From a virus: a DNA stretch of 50,035 bases. Position numbers and translations under genes: made by a program. This document shows positions 49,614 to 50,035 of this stretch, in pieces; position 1 is the first letter of the stretch, and each line of letters begins with the position of its first letter. Below the pieces are notes generated by a model. It did no database searches. It was given only the letters and a program-made list of their open reading frames with translations, and was not told where the DNA came from. The DNA is taken from IMG/VR virus record IMGVR_UViG_3300022542_000276; one strand, given 5' to 3'.

Positions 49614-49638
49614 AGATCGTTTATTGATTAAACAAACT
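49614..49638. repeat. 25-nt dyad element, copy 27
   Basis: agatcgtttattgattaaacaaact. Lies 55 nt upstream of the rightward promoter -35. Confidence 0.75.
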
Positions 49639-49693
49639 ATCTCGATTCCGCAGTAACCGTCCCAAACTTGACCCAAATACACACAAAAATACC

Positions 49694-49722
49694 TTGACTT
49701 TTCACCAAAAATCTGCCATAAT
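49694..49722 (+). promoter_or_regulatory. Sigma70-type promoter (TTGACT-17-CATAAT) for the rightward arm
   Basis: ccTTGACTtttcaccaaaaatctgcCATAATtaaaac, then 'aaaagga' SD and ATG 49747. Confidence 0.6.
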
Positions 49723-49746
49723 TAAAACAAAGTAAAAGGAAAAAAT

Positions 49747-50035
49747 ATGGACTCTAAACTAAAAAATAAAACTTCCCTCTACGGTTTCGAGACTCGCGCT
49801 CCAGACCTACGCCGCACTGAACATAGAAACTCTCATGATATAAAATCTCTCTGGCAGCGCTCTCACGAAATCATAGGCTTAGCCCTCCAAGGCCATAAGC
49901 AATCAGACATAGCCACTCTCCTAAGCATAACTCCAGCTACCGTTTCCAACACCTTAAATTCCGAACTCGGTTCTCACAAACTATCCCAACTCCGCCTCGC
50001 TCGCGACAAGGACTACATAAACGTCTCAAAAAAGG
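49747..50035 (+). CDS. Putative small terminase / HTH DNA-binding protein, 5' part (continues at nt 1..452 across the junction)
   Basis: ATG 49747 follows an 'aaaagga' SD. The product starts MDSKLKNKTSLYGFETRAPDL...GHKQSDIATLLSITPATVSNTLN. There is no stop before the window end. Confidence 0.5.
   Translation, partial: MDSKLKNKTSLYGFETRAPDLRRTEHRNSHDIKSLWQRSHEIIGLALQGHKQSDIATLLSITPATVSNTLNSELGSHKLSQLRLARDKDYINVSKK
49895..50035. repeat. Terminal direct repeat, right copy (identical to 1-141)
   Basis: See the left copy. Confidence 0.95.

Noticed and set aside
426-49638. The possibility that the 27 palindromic repeats form a CRISPR array or are Rho-independent terminators.
   Set aside because: The copies are separated by hundreds to thousands of nt of coding sequence rather than regular 25-50-nt spacers, and no cas genes are present. 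None is followed by a U-tract, and most sit just upstream of an SD rather than after an operon.
1-50035. A diversity-generating retroelement, retron, or other reverse-transcriptase-based system acting on the repeat-rich fibre genes.
   Set aside because: No ORF in any frame shows reverse-transcriptase motifs (YxDD and similar). I found no template/variable repeat pair with adenine-specific differences.

Overview
The window is a complete, end-overlapping genome of a tailed dsDNA phage. Nt 1-141 are identical to nt 49895-50035, so the unique length is 49,894 bp. It is AT-rich, and I recognise no integrase or repressor.

Two transcription arms diverge from a repeat-rich, largely non-coding control region at about 48.7-49.7 kb and converge at 29.14 kb.
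- Rightward packaging/virion arm (49747, across the junction, to 29136): HTH small-terminase-like protein, DUF1353-like protein, glycosyltransferase, SAM methyltransferase, TerL, beta-helix spike, portal carrying a LAGLIDADG intein, scaffold, decoration-like protein, major capsid, fibres, and internal virion proteins including a 1742-aa giant.
- Leftward early/replication arm (49016 to 29166): DNA ligase, HIRAN protein, Cas4-like nuclease, AAA_24-like ATPase, DUF669-like protein, an SQD1/SqdB-like UDP-sulfoquinovose synthase, ParB/Srx-methyltransferase, UDG-exo-PolA, DUF1937-like protein, DUF3987-like NTPase, and many small Zn-ribbon or unknown ORFs. Several of these small ORFs are below the ORF-track cutoff.

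Main hunt results:
1. A 25-nt dyad element, AGATCGTTTAAT-A-ATTAAACGATCT, is present in 27 copies. It punctuates gene-module boundaries on both arms and sits exactly at the convergence point. It brackets the two sugar-related cassettes and occurs three times in frame inside the giant virion gene.
2. There is a candidate virion glycosylation system. Mucin-like APTT(L/I) Pro/Thr arrays occur on at least six virion-arm proteins. A DxH-type glycosyltransferase plus a methyltransferase are wedged between the terminase genes, and the genome also encodes a UDP-sulfoquinovose synthase homologue.
3. The portal intein has a non-canonical Gly-Gln C-terminus.
4. Two tRNA-like elements abut palindrome copies.
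5. The control region contains near-consensus sigma70-type promoters, a CACGANG heptamer array, an ORF flanked by inverted repeats, and a duplicated inverted promoter-like block around a (TA)n tract.

All functional calls rest on motifs read by eye and remembered family signatures. No database search was possible.
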